Source of the DNA: Atractiella rhizophila | Taxonomy: Eukaryota | Length of the DNA stretch: 20,000 nt | Direction of reading: 5' to 3' | Assembly (NCBI GenBank): GCA_021432655.1 | Contig: MU271238.1 | Coordinates: 108,021 to 128,020 of the forward strand | In this document: piece by piece, positions 1 to 10,739 of the stretch | Layout: the number at the start of each line of letters is the position of its first letter | Numbering within the stretch: position 1 is the stretch's first letter | Translations under genes and position numbers: made by a program | Notes under the pieces: model-generated | What the model saw: the letters and a program-made list of their open reading frames with translations, nothing else | Databases searched by the model: none | What the model was told of the DNA's origin: nothing

Positions 1-2997
1 TTATAATACCTTTTATCCAAATCGGCCGTCCACACTTCTTCCAACCTCAACATAGTCGTCGATGCTTTCCGTCTCAGCTCGCGATGGTTCAGTTCGTCCG
101 TCACGCTCAAGAAGGCGATAATGAACCAACTCGTGTCCATCACATCCAATTCACCCGCCAAAAGTCGTTCGCGCAGCGTGGCAATGTTCAGTATCGACTG
201 GTCAACATAGTCTGGTTTAGCTTCTGCTGGGCGACCTCGCCAGAAGATCAGCTTTGGATTCTGGTTCATCAGATCGAGGATAGAGAGTAAAATCTCGGTA
301 CGGATCTCTTCAGGCATGGCAGAGGAGATGGAACGATTATGATTGATCGCGTCTTGCTGTACCGCCGTTTCCTGTTCCCCATCCGGTATCAGAACCCGAA
401 ATCCAAGCCCTCTCCTGAAACAGTATAATAGGGGAATGGCAGAGGAAGACGTACGAGGAAGAGCATTCTGAGTGGGAGGGCGATGAGAGGATACATGGAT
501 TCCAGAGTAGGGCTCCATCGACTTGCGTTTTCCTGCGCCTTGATCCAACTGCATCCACGGATCGCCGCCAACTTGTAATCTATCGGACACCGAGGGGTGA
601 AGCATGCTTCCACCACGTCTTTCAAGTCGGTCTCCAGCATCCTGAGCGAGAGGATGGAGGCAAAGGCGTCAGTGAGGACGGAGACGGGGACGACGATGTC
701 TGCGTCTGCAGTGCTTCGGAACAGCTTCGTCTGTCCCTCTCACTGTCAGCGGAGGGCCAACGATGGGGAGGGAAGGAAGGGGACGTACGACGATCTCGCT
801 CACGAAATCTCCCACCAGCATCCTGAGGGACGAAGACACATCGGTGTAAGTAGCGGCGCGACAAAAGTCCACCAAACAGGTCGTAGCGAGGTCTGCCGTC
901 TTTGTGCTCTTCAAATACTTTCGCAGAGCGTCCATAAAACTAGCGGCCGTCTAAAAACGCGTCCATCCCATCCACCAAATCAGCATCCCACTCTCCAAGG
1001 AAGAAGAGAGGCACTGACCTTCTTCACAGTTCCCTGTCCCCTGACAGGACCCATCGCGTCTTGCTCCACCACCTTGCCTACGAGATCTGGACAACAAACC
1101 AAGAGCATACTCATGACAGGCCAAACGCCCACTCTCCTCTTCTGACTCTCCGCAATGCCAGCACAAATGTCGAAAATGATTTCGGCACTCTTCAAATTTC
1201 CCTCCTTCTCCCCCCTCCGTCCTCCATCGCGGGAATAAAGGCTCGAAAAATCGCTCGGAAAGTTCTCGACGTACGACCATATCGATTTCCTCAAGATGAG
1301 GATCAAGGCTCCCTGAGTCCTCGACCGAAAGTGCACGAAATGGTTCGTCAACTCCCTCAGGATTTCCGAAAGCCTCGACCTATTCAACGTCGCACATTCG
1401 AGCAACCTCAACTCTCCCAAATCCGAAACAGAGAGCAAATCCTTGCTCCCACTCCCCTTCCCGCTTCCCGTACTGGTCGTCGGACTCGCCATTTCCCTGT
1501 TCGCTCTCTCCATCCCGTCCTCCGCGAATCCAACGAACCGGTTTCGGAGCGTCATGAACACAATCTTCCAATTCGCGGCCGACACATAATTGATCACCCG
1601 TCCCATATCCCTCTGAATCTCCAACAGGAGCGCGTTCAGACTGACCTCGTCGATGGAGGCGTTCGAGATGTTGATCTTCTGATTCGCAGTGGATGAGGAG
1701 GAGCCGAGCAGGGAACGCCAGTTTTCGTATTCGGCGTATTGGCGTAAGAGGATGCAAGCTATGTGCACGATCCGTTTCGCCAGATCGGTGTCGAGCGGCG
1801 GGGGATCGACCCAGTCTCGTCGTAATGGATGGGGAGAGGAGGAGGAGGGATGAGAGTTTGAGGTGGAGGTGCTGTTTTTTGAGGGTTGGTGAGCGGCCCA
1901 GGAGGAGAAGAGGACGGAGGAGAGGACAGAGAAGAGGATCTGTTGGGAGTAGAGGAGGGGGAGGTCGGGGAGGATGGGTGCGTTCGGCGAGTGTCGCTGT
2001 TCCAGCACGCGAATCAGCATCTCTAATTTCCTTCAAATCTCCTTCTCAAGCATCATGTCATGCATCGTGAGTAAGAAAAAGCCTTCAGAATGAAGAACCA
2101 TCTCCGCAAAAAGGGTACCTTCGAAGCACACTCGCCATAAAAAGCCCAAGAAAGAAAAAAAAATGGTTTACACACCTTCCCAACCCCCGCCGCACCCTCC
2201 AAAGAATCCACGAGCCCTCTCACGACTCTCTCCAACGCCGCGCCGACGGCACCCATCGCGGCCTCCCTCTCCCTATTCCTCTCCGCATAATGTACCAAGC
2301 TCTCCCTAGTCTGTTTCAAGATCGGGTCCTCACCCGCCGGACTGACGCGACCTCCCGAAAAGTGGTGCCATCTCCTGGAAGACGGGGGGTACGAATTGGA
2401 GTTGTGGTTGAGGGGCAGACGGGAGTGGAGACGTTGGAGGAGGGAGGACAGGAGGCGATCTTCGCGCTCCGTTCGATCCGTCCCTCCTCCTCCTCCTCCT
2501 GCTGTCGTGGGATGGTTCGTCGGCGGAGAGGGAAGGTCGAGGGAATCCAGATCGACGTCCCGCTCCGCTTCCCTCTCCCTACCCCCCGCCCGCGGTCTGC
2601 CTCCGGTGGAAGCGAGGTGTGCGGACGCGGAAGAAGCGAAGGCGACAGCCGCGCTCTCTTCTCTCTTATGTTTGCCCGTCACCCCTCCCCCGGAAGAAGA
2701 AGAAACATTCGCACCACCCTGTCCGCGCGACTGCGATTGAGAATGAGAATGCGATTGCGATTGAGTTTGAGATTGGGACTGGGACTGGGATTGGGCGGCA
2801 GAGTTGAGGGAGCGACGAGAGGTCCAGTTGGTGCGGAGGTTGGGGAATAGCGAGCGCTTCGATCCCTGGTTCGCCTCCTTCTCCTTCTCCTTTTCCCTCT
2901 CCCTGTCCCTGTCTCTGTCACGATCGCCCTGAGAGTGGGAGGAGTGGGAGGCTGACTGTTTGAGCAGACGGGAAGAGTCGCGGTGGAGGTCTGGCAT
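1..2997 (-). CDS. Neurofibromin (NF1)/IRA1-IRA2-like Ras GTPase-activating protein, N-terminal part; spliced and continuing beyond the left window edge
   Basis: ATG at 2997. Approximate exons: 2997-2176, 1996-1018, 950-788, ~730-454, ~370-1. The translation includes SAANWKIVF, LRKSIWSYVENFPSDF, SAEIIFDICAGIAESQKRRVGVWPVMSMLLVCCPD and FMDALRK. These match my recollection of the NF1 N-terminal segment (WNWVENYPDEF...AEKLFDLVDGFAESTKRKAAVWPLQIILLILCPE...FLDSLRK). The GAP domain itself is not in the window. Confidence 0.9.
2720..2925 (-). repeat. Low-complexity coding hexamer repeats in RasGAP exon 1
   Basis: Imperfect hexamer runs (gggact, gattgc, ccctgt, ctcctt) encode SQSQSQ/SHSH and DRDRDRERE/KEKE tracts. 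Confidence 0.8.
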
Positions 2998-3305
2998 GTC
3001 CACTTGCTACTTCTCCTACTTCACAGGCTGATGTGAGAGTATTGCTGAGTGGAGGCAGAGTAGGGACTGGTTGATGTGGGGATAAGACAGTGAAAGGGGG
3101 ATGTCGTGTGTGAGGGAGAGGCTGAGCTGAGAAGGCAGGGTTGGTCGAAACACGAAGAAAAACTGGAATGATCGGGGAACTTCTCTTCCAAATACTGGCA
3201 ACCCATCAGGTCTTCTCTTCTCTGACGGTGGACCAATGTCTTTTCACTGAAAATATAAATGGAGAGGTATTATAAAAACGGCAGTAATAAAGCTACAAAA
3301 ATCCA

Positions 3306-4357
3306 TCACGAAGGCGGCGTTGTTGTTGTCGACGACGCCTCCTTCGCTGCAGAGAGCCCACTAACATCCACCTCCGCCTCGATCCTCTCCCTCGCCCTCC
3401 ACACCTTCGACTGCAAATAAAAGCTGCCCTGTCCGCCCTTCGCGCCCTTCGTCCCCTTCCCAGCCACCGCAGCGGCCGCCTTCTCCAGCGGCGGCGCATT
3501 CGTCGCGAAATACATCTCGTAGTTCTTCGCCATCCGCTCCAGCTCCACATTCCACTCCTCGATCGCGTTCGCCGGCGCCGTCGACCGGAATTGCTTGTCG
3601 AGGCCGCGCGAGATGATCTGCGAACGCACGTTCAGGATTTGGCAGGCTTCGTCTAGTGTCATGAGGTGGTGTCGAGTGAGAGGGGAGGCGGAGGAGAAGG
3701 AGGTCGAGGAAGTTGAAGCGCCGCCTGCTGAGGCGTCTGTGAATCATTTTGCGATGTCAGCATTATACTTTGAGGTCTGATATCATCTGGTATTGTAGGG
3801 AAAGCAACCACTCCAAAAGCAATCCACCCTCCATAGATCAATTCAAGAAGTGATCCTGTCACTCCACATTAATGTGCGATCTGAGAGATGGACATCCTTG
3901 CCCTCTTGAAGTAGATATGATTATGAACCACTCCTACTTAGGGAGATTCTACTCCAGGAATGATACTCCATGAGCAAAGAGCGAGGGTATTGAGTTATCA
4001 TCCACTCTCTGCCATATGCCCACAGCGTATTCTCCCTCTTCCTCTAATTCACAACACGGTCACATCCTTCCCTCACACACCCCACCCACAGAAACCCACC
4101 AGCAACCCACGATAAGAAACGAGAAACGAGAAAGAAATAAGAAACGAGAATGAAATAAGACACAAGAAAGGAGAAAGACGCACTCCTAACGGCCTGCTTC
4201 CCAGCCTCAGCAAACGCCTTCCCGACGATGGTCAGTCCGACCCAGACGAGCTGGGTGATGATCCGTGGTGCCGACTATGCACGACACACGGCAGCAGCGA
4301 GAGCGAAGCACGACGTAAATGTCACCCATTGCCTGCATGGGAGAGAGTGCGTACCAT
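3306..4357 (-). CDS. PAM16: Mitochondrial import motor J-like subunit Pam16/Tim16
   Basis: Exons are 4357-4355 (ATG only), 4274-4184 and 3736-3306. The translation is MSAPRIITQLVWVGLTIVGKAFAEAGKQAVR...MTLDEACQILNV...GSFYLQSKVWRARERIEAE, carrying the diagnostic Pam16 motifs. Confidence 0.95.
4105..4178. repeat. Degenerate GAAACGA/GAAATAA heptamer microsatellite in PAM16 intron 2
   Basis: gataagaaacgagaaacgagaaagaaataagaaacgagaatgaaataaga is visible directly. Confidence 0.7.
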
Positions 4358-4567
4358 GGTTATTGGAAAGGGTGGAATGAATAAAGGAGAAGGACAGGAG
4401 GAAAGGGAATATCTCGATAGCGGAGTGAGAAATTCGTCGTTTTGCCACTCACTACGTTTGTCAATGCCAGACTAAAGGAGTATTAACCACTTAGTCATCT
4501 CCATCTCATTATCACCCAATCTATCGATCTATCGTGGCAGCATCTTTGGATAATACAGTATATCACC
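4358..4567. promoter_or_regulatory. Compact bidirectional promoter region between PAM16 and the UPRT gene
   Basis: Head-to-head start codons lie 210 bp apart (4357 minus, 4568 plus). No specific motif was assigned. Confidence 0.6.
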
Positions 4568-6398
4568 ATGGCGTCCATTCCCTCAACCGCAGATCCAAGC
4601 ACAATAACCCTCTCCTCCCTCGACAAGCTGCACATCCTCACCCACCCCATCCTCCAAGTCAGTCCCCTGCTCCTTACGCCCCACGTAACATAACATGATA
4701 TTCACGCTGCGCTTCGTGCGCGTCGTGCGCTTTGGTGTGCCAGGAAAAGATGACGCTCATCCGATCGGCGGGCACGCGCGCGCCTGAGTTTAGACAGCTC
4801 GTCAAGGACGTCGCGCAGATCATTGGGTATGAAGCGGCGAGGGAGATGGAGGTCGAACAGCTGCCTGATGTGTGTCTTTTGTTTCTTCTTCTTTTACCGG
4901 TTTAGGGTGTGATACGGTTTTCGTTATGCGTATCTGTTCGATCGTGAGGCGTATTGCATCGTGGAGATGGCTGTTGCTTTGCTAGCATATCGATTAAAGA
5001 GGTCACGTATTGCTCCTCGAACAGTTGTCTCATAGAGCAGACAATTGCATCCAGGTCAAAAGTAGGAGATATCATTCGCGCATGCAAACAAAACAAACCA
5101 ACCAGAGCCAGCCTCGGGCTCCAGATAGGCTCCAAACATGGCGGTAAATATACCTTGTTCGGCGCGAAACATGCTCATGTGGTGTAATACTTCTACCACC
5201 CCATGGTTGACATCGTTCGCCTATTGCATCTGTTGGAATCTTAAAACCATCAATTGCTCGCTAACAGCAGCGTATGAATTTGTGAAGGGAAGAATAAGGA
5301 TCATTAATTTATCATCTGCACATACACAGTGAAGTGTTGCGTCTCTATATCCGTCCATGGTTTGCTTTCGCGACAGTCAACGCTTTTGGTCTGATAATCG
5401 ATCTTTCAATAGGCAAGCACACGAGCGACTTTTCCATATCGTGCTTGCAGCCCTTATCTTGAGACGTGTCATCGCATCTGCACTCTGTTTCCTGAGAGGG
5501 CGGAATCTACATTGTTGTGAGATGCTATGCTGTCTATTACCTCCCGCCTATGTTTCGCGCTCTTGTTCTCCTTCCACATCAGCATCCAAAAATAGGACCA
5601 ACGCACTGAAACTGATGATATTTCTTCAAATTTACAGTGTCAATCCCCAGTTGCAAAATTCACAGGTGCACGCGTAGCAAGCCGGATCGGACTGCATCCC
5701 ATCCTGCGCGCAGGAATCGGCATGACCGACGGTTCGTCCTCCTCATCGCCCTTTCTCTCTCCTCCTCTCCTTGATGCGCAACGAGACAGGCATCCTCTCC
5801 CTCTTCCCTAATGCTACTGTTCTCCATCTCGGTCTGTTCAGGAACGAGAACACGCTTGATCCGGTAGAATATTATAATAAACTCCCAAAGACGGTGATCG
5901 TAGATGAAGTCTTTGTACCTCCCTCCTCCCTTTTTCGCTTCTGTACCCGTTATCTTGTATTGACATGACGTGAGATGTAGATCCTAGATCCCATTGTCGC
6001 TACTGGTGGCACAGCAATCGCAGCCGTCCACATGCTTGTGCGTTATCTTCCTATCGCAGACTATATACCTTATCATGACGCGCTGACTTGGCATGCGATA
6101 CGAAACAGCAAGATTGGGGTATACCCGTAGAGAACATCAAGCTCCTCTGCCTCGTCGCCTCCTTCCCCGGCCTCCAAAAGGTCATGCGCGCCTTTCCCGA
6201 ACTGGAGATCTGGACCGCAGCCGTCGACCAAGAAGTGCGTCCTCACCCTTCCATCTCTCCCTCCATGCTCCATCCCTAGAATACCTTTTATTGATGTTGG
6301 ATTGGGTGGTGCAGCTTACGAAGGAAGGTATGATCTCCCCCGGACTAGGCGACAGCGGAGATCGCCTCTTTGGGACGGGCAGCTATGCGCAGTCGTGA
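4568..6398 (+). CDS. Uracil phosphoribosyltransferase (upp-like type), 7 exons
   Basis: Approximate exons: 4568-4657, 4744-4869, 5638-5731, 5790-5914, 5981-6037, 6108-6234, 6315-6398. Motifs are HPILQEKMTLIR, PEFRQLV, PILRAG, HLGLFRNENTLDPVEYYNKLP, ILDPIVATGGT (PRPP loop) and PGLGDSGDRLFGT. Confidence 0.93.
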
Positions 6399-6975
6399 TT
6401 CTTCTACCTCCCTCTCAGCTTTCACTCAGCTTTGTTTGAGGATGGGGAATGAGGAATGGGTGAAGCCTCCAGCAGAAGCATTGGCGAGACAGATGGTGAA
6501 GTGGTTGTGTTCTTAGATTCGCTCTGTTGTAATTTATTTTCTCTTCGCACATGGTTTTTCATGACTGGAGACTTGCAATAATCGACACGAGTGTGTCAGT
6601 GGCATGTGCCCTGTTGTCACCACACTCACTTGAGATTCACGTTCACGTTGTTTCAAAGCTATACTCAAAATTCCATAGTAAGTTTTTGATGGGGATTGTC
6701 GTTCATCCAGCCACACTTGAGCCTCCTTCTGAGGTGAAGGCTAGTAAAAAGTGGACCGCAGAGGTGATGGAAACAGCAGAGGTCTAGGAGAAAGCGCTAA
6801 ACATGATGGTGAGGAGGAGGACATTTGTCAGCAAAAAAAATCATCATTGTGAGAATACTCCTACTTCTGAGACTGTTACATGATATCAGTACACCCAGTT
6901 AGAGAAATCATGCAGTCATGGCCGTTCGTTACATTAGTCGAGGAATGGGCTGAAAGGAAACACAAATCACAACAA

Positions 6976-9224
6976 TCATGGTCCTTGCTGGTTCGCTGTC
7001 GGCGGGGCTGAATAAATCTCGGGATATCTGGACGGGTACGGATTTCCCCCATAGCCCTCGCGAGACTGCTGGTATCCGAAAGCTGGCGTCACACTCAGCT
7101 GGTGCCTATTCGTCATATCGGTGACCTGCAAAGCGTTCATTTGTCCCATCGTGAAAGGTTGGAAGAATTGCTCCTGATCCCCTTTTTCGTACGAATGCGA
7201 AACATCCGACGTTTGATAAAGTGTCGATGACCTGTCGCTAATGGGTACGCCCATGGGAGAAGAGATGGACTCTCTGTTTGGCGGTTCGCTCGGTGGCGGT
7301 CCAGCACGTTTGTAGCGACGGCGTAGGCAGAACGCGAGAAGGAGGATGAGGATGAGTGCCACAGCCCCACCAACCGCGCATCCCACGATTAAGCCGATGT
7401 GTGAGCTACCATGGTGGTGGCAAGTGCCTTGACAAGGATCATCGGTGGGGGTGTAGCTTCCCCCACTGATGGCGGCCGTTCCGTCCGTGCCAGGAAGGCC
7501 AGAACCAGCCAGAGAGCCAGAGTTGGGTTGGATAGCTTGAGCGAAACCAATAGAATGCGCTTTGTTGGCGTCAAAAGAGTAGGCGGTGTACCAGTTCTTC
7601 AGGAAGCCAGCACCAAGAACGGCCATGGGAGTACCATCGGTGTCTTGAGCCTGTCACCCACCCAGCACCACAAAGGATTAGTGAATAAACTGGACAGCGA
7701 AGGCGGGAGACATACGTCCGTGCTGTAAACGAAAAAGCTGCACGAGTCGCTATTGTTTTTGTAAAAGAGATCGAGAGGAGCTATGTCTACTTAACCGTGT
7801 AAACATCGTTCCCCAAGAAGCAATAGGCAGGGAAAAAACCCACCGTACACCTGCCCGAAAATATCGAATCCCAGCCGCATCGTCGCCATGTTTGCACAGG
7901 TCGTAGTAACCTGGTATGCAGGTCCCCCACTTCCGATAGTCTGAATCTGGGCCCCAATCCCTTGTGCGTAGGCTTGGAGGACGGACGGTGGGAGAGCCAG
8001 GTCATATCCTGCGGCAAGGAGAGCCCTACACTTCGTTCCGTCAATCGTTCGACCCTTGTAGGTCAAACCAGAGGTATCCACAGCCCAGTACGAATCGCTC
8101 GTCACCGGTACCCACTTCAAATTTCCTCGGTAATGCTGTAAGTTACTGCAACCGATACAGATTTCTCCACCATCTGAATTGCTATCATCGAAGGTACCGC
8201 TCGAGTCGGTGTTGGCGATTGTGTTCTGGATCGTATAATCTCGTGCGAAGAAGATCGAAAAGTAGTTGTGATCGAGCGTCCCTCCGTTTCCAGCGACGAG
8301 ATTCTCCATGAACGAAGTTTGATTGCTCTGTGCTTGCGCGAACCCAAACCCAATGATCCCATCCCCCACCTGCTGCTCAAAGTTTATCGTCGTGTGGTTG
8401 GCAAGGCCGAAGCCGGTATTAGGGATGGTGAATCCAGCGATGGTCAGTGTATCTTGGGCTACGAATCCGTCCGTTGTGTACCCTTTCAGGTTTCAGGAAA
8501 TGCATCAGAAAGGGGAAAGGTGGAAATCCAACGGACACACCGTCACCATAGCTTATGTTCCTAAATGCAGAAGAATTAGAGTGACTGAATGAAGGTGAAG
8601 GATGAGCAGACGAACCAAGGGATTTGGGAACCGACAAAAGTGGAAGAAGCTGACGGTTGGAATTTATGATGGGCAGTGGTCTACACAGTATGCCAAACTT
8701 GTTTGTCCTCCGCCGTAGGAGCAAAAGCAAACGCACGTTAGCAGTCGGGTCATCTAGGAATTCATCAGCTCCTTAGAGAACCATGGGCCAAACTGAACTC
8801 ACAAACCCACAGATCAGATGATACAGCTTCCCGCACTTGAGTACGTTTTTACCGCGGAAGAGGGGACGTACTGTCAAACTGGAGGCGAGGCATCGCATCA
8901 GTGCCGCTTGAAGGTGATGCAGGAGGAACTCAAACCTGGACAAGAAAGCTTTGAGGTGGTGTACCAAGCTGCACCGTTCCAGCGTAGATTCTGTCAAGTG
9001 GAGGGCCTGTTTGCAATCATTAGAAGCTGTGCTTGCATGAAAACGTCTTCAATCTTTGACATACCATTGGTCGCAGGCACCGTTCCGGAAGCTCTCTTCC
9101 ATGCTCTCTTCCCCTGCTGCTCAGACCAGATCCTCTCTGAACTCTTACGCCTGCTGGTCAATGAGATAGTATTGAGCGCAGCAGCCACCTCCAATCCTGC
9201 TAGGAGGTAGAACAAGTTTTTCAT
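6976..9224 (-). CDS. Pepsin-family (A1) aspartic-protease-like type I membrane protein, probably catalytically inactive
   Basis: There is a signal peptide (MKNLFYLLAGLEVAAA). A1 motifs include YAGTVQLGTPPQSF, FDTVSSDLWV (via a 7-nt microexon at 8878-8872), DGIIGFGF, GGEICIG, YWAV and VLGAGFLKNWYTAY...IGFA. A transmembrane segment IGLIVGCAVGGAVALILILLLAFCL is followed by RRRYKR and a ~110-aa tail. Confidence 0.85.
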
Positions 9225-10739
9225 GACGAATAATTAATATCCACAAGAGTTGATGGAGTGCCGTTGCTGGCAGGTTCAGGGGGGGAATATTGGCACAAAC
9301 AGGCTTTTGAAGGTCTCTGTGATTCCACGAACGGAGAGATAGCTGTGCCAAGTTAAAAGTTGGAGTGCATACATTCTGTGCGGGAAATGAATGGGAGGTG
9401 TCGATGTTTTCCTTCACCCACTCACTGCCCCAGCTTCCATTGTCCAAAGAGGAGGAGACTCTCCGCGTAAAATGCGGCGACGCTGTTCCATCTGGATCTA
9501 TTTGATCTCAGCCTGAGCTCTGGAGCCGATTCATCACAAACAGGAACCGTGTCTGCAGACGCGGCCGATGAATTAATAATGTTGAATGTTTGAATGTTTG
9601 ACGACCAACCGATCTCATATCAAGAGCAAGTTGTGTTGCCAATTCATTGCTCGCAAGCAATGCCATGCGTGCTGCCTCAGCTCAAATCGAGGAAACTTTT
9701 TGAGAGCGTCAAAACGCAAAACGCAGGACATCCAAACCATGTACGTACGTCAAGGGAAGTCCAGGCAGCAACGAAAACAAGGAGATATTCGCCTTCGGCA
9801 ACGAGGTCTGAGCTGGTGTGACTGAGTTCAGCCAGTGGGTCGGCGGCAATTAGTTGGAGTTGTGTGGTTGAACCCACTGGATATCGTGACTTAACATTGA
9901 CATTCGAACCCAGTCGTGCTGATTCTCCGAAGAAAGTAGACCACCTTCACCTTCATGTGGCCGTCTCTAGTGGGGTGGACTTCAGTGAATTCAATGCCTC
10001 AGCTTCTAGTGGCTCGATTTCTAGCACGTATCGTCCAACGTTACAGAATCTTTTATGGAATGACACTCTTCTGACTCCATTATTGAAATGCAGTCTACGA
10101 CCTGTCGACAAGCCATGGAAGGGTTTTGAGCATAGTTCAGCTCCAAAGCCCCATGTGAGCCATGAAAGCATGCAAAAGTTCAATCTGAACTGAACCAAAC
10201 TCCTAAACCCTTGAATCCATCGGGATCAAGAAGAAGCAATTGGACTGTCTCACCGCCGTCATAGCGGCCGCAATTGTCCAGGCAGGTCCTGGATCTGGAT
10301 CTGGGGAATATGGATCTGGGCACTGGGGAGCCGCGTGGACAGTTGTGAGGACGGACCAAGCGAGGAGAAGAGCACGTAGAGGGAGAGGTCGTCTGATGGT
10401 GGCGAGCAGGGAGGGCTGCGTCCTCCCAGAGGCTCAGACGCCGCTACCAGCATCACATCCTCCATCTTCCGAGTTACGGTGAAAGACTCGGCATGGGCTG
10501 GTGGCTGTGCGAGGAGGGGAGGGGGAAGGTAGTGAAAGCGAGGGGACGGGGATGGAAATCCAGTCTCTTCTTTCAGTTCCAAGTGGCTAGGTAAAAGCAG
10601 AAATGCAAATGTCTTTTCTTTTCTACGCTGAGCGAGGCAACTCTTCCCATACAGCAGTTTCAGAGTTGCAAATGAGCTTGCTGCGGTGTCGCGAACAAAG
10701 CACCATGAGTAGCCGGACGACGGCGTATCAGCGACCCGG

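Noticed and set aside
84..2850. Long plus-strand ORFs (597-1145, 1061-1696, 2290-2850 and others)
   Set aside because: They are antisense shadows of the GC-rich RasGAP exons and have no recognisable motifs.
3738..3776. Extra PAM16 microexon (NLK) before exon 3
   Set aside because: It would need a 32-nt intron, shorter than any other here. The single acceptor at 3737 already gives an open frame.
5140..5270. snR30/U17 snoRNA suggested by AAACCAT followed by ACA in the UPRT intron
   Set aside because: There is no proper m1 motif (ATATTCCTA) and no closing stem positioned as in U17.
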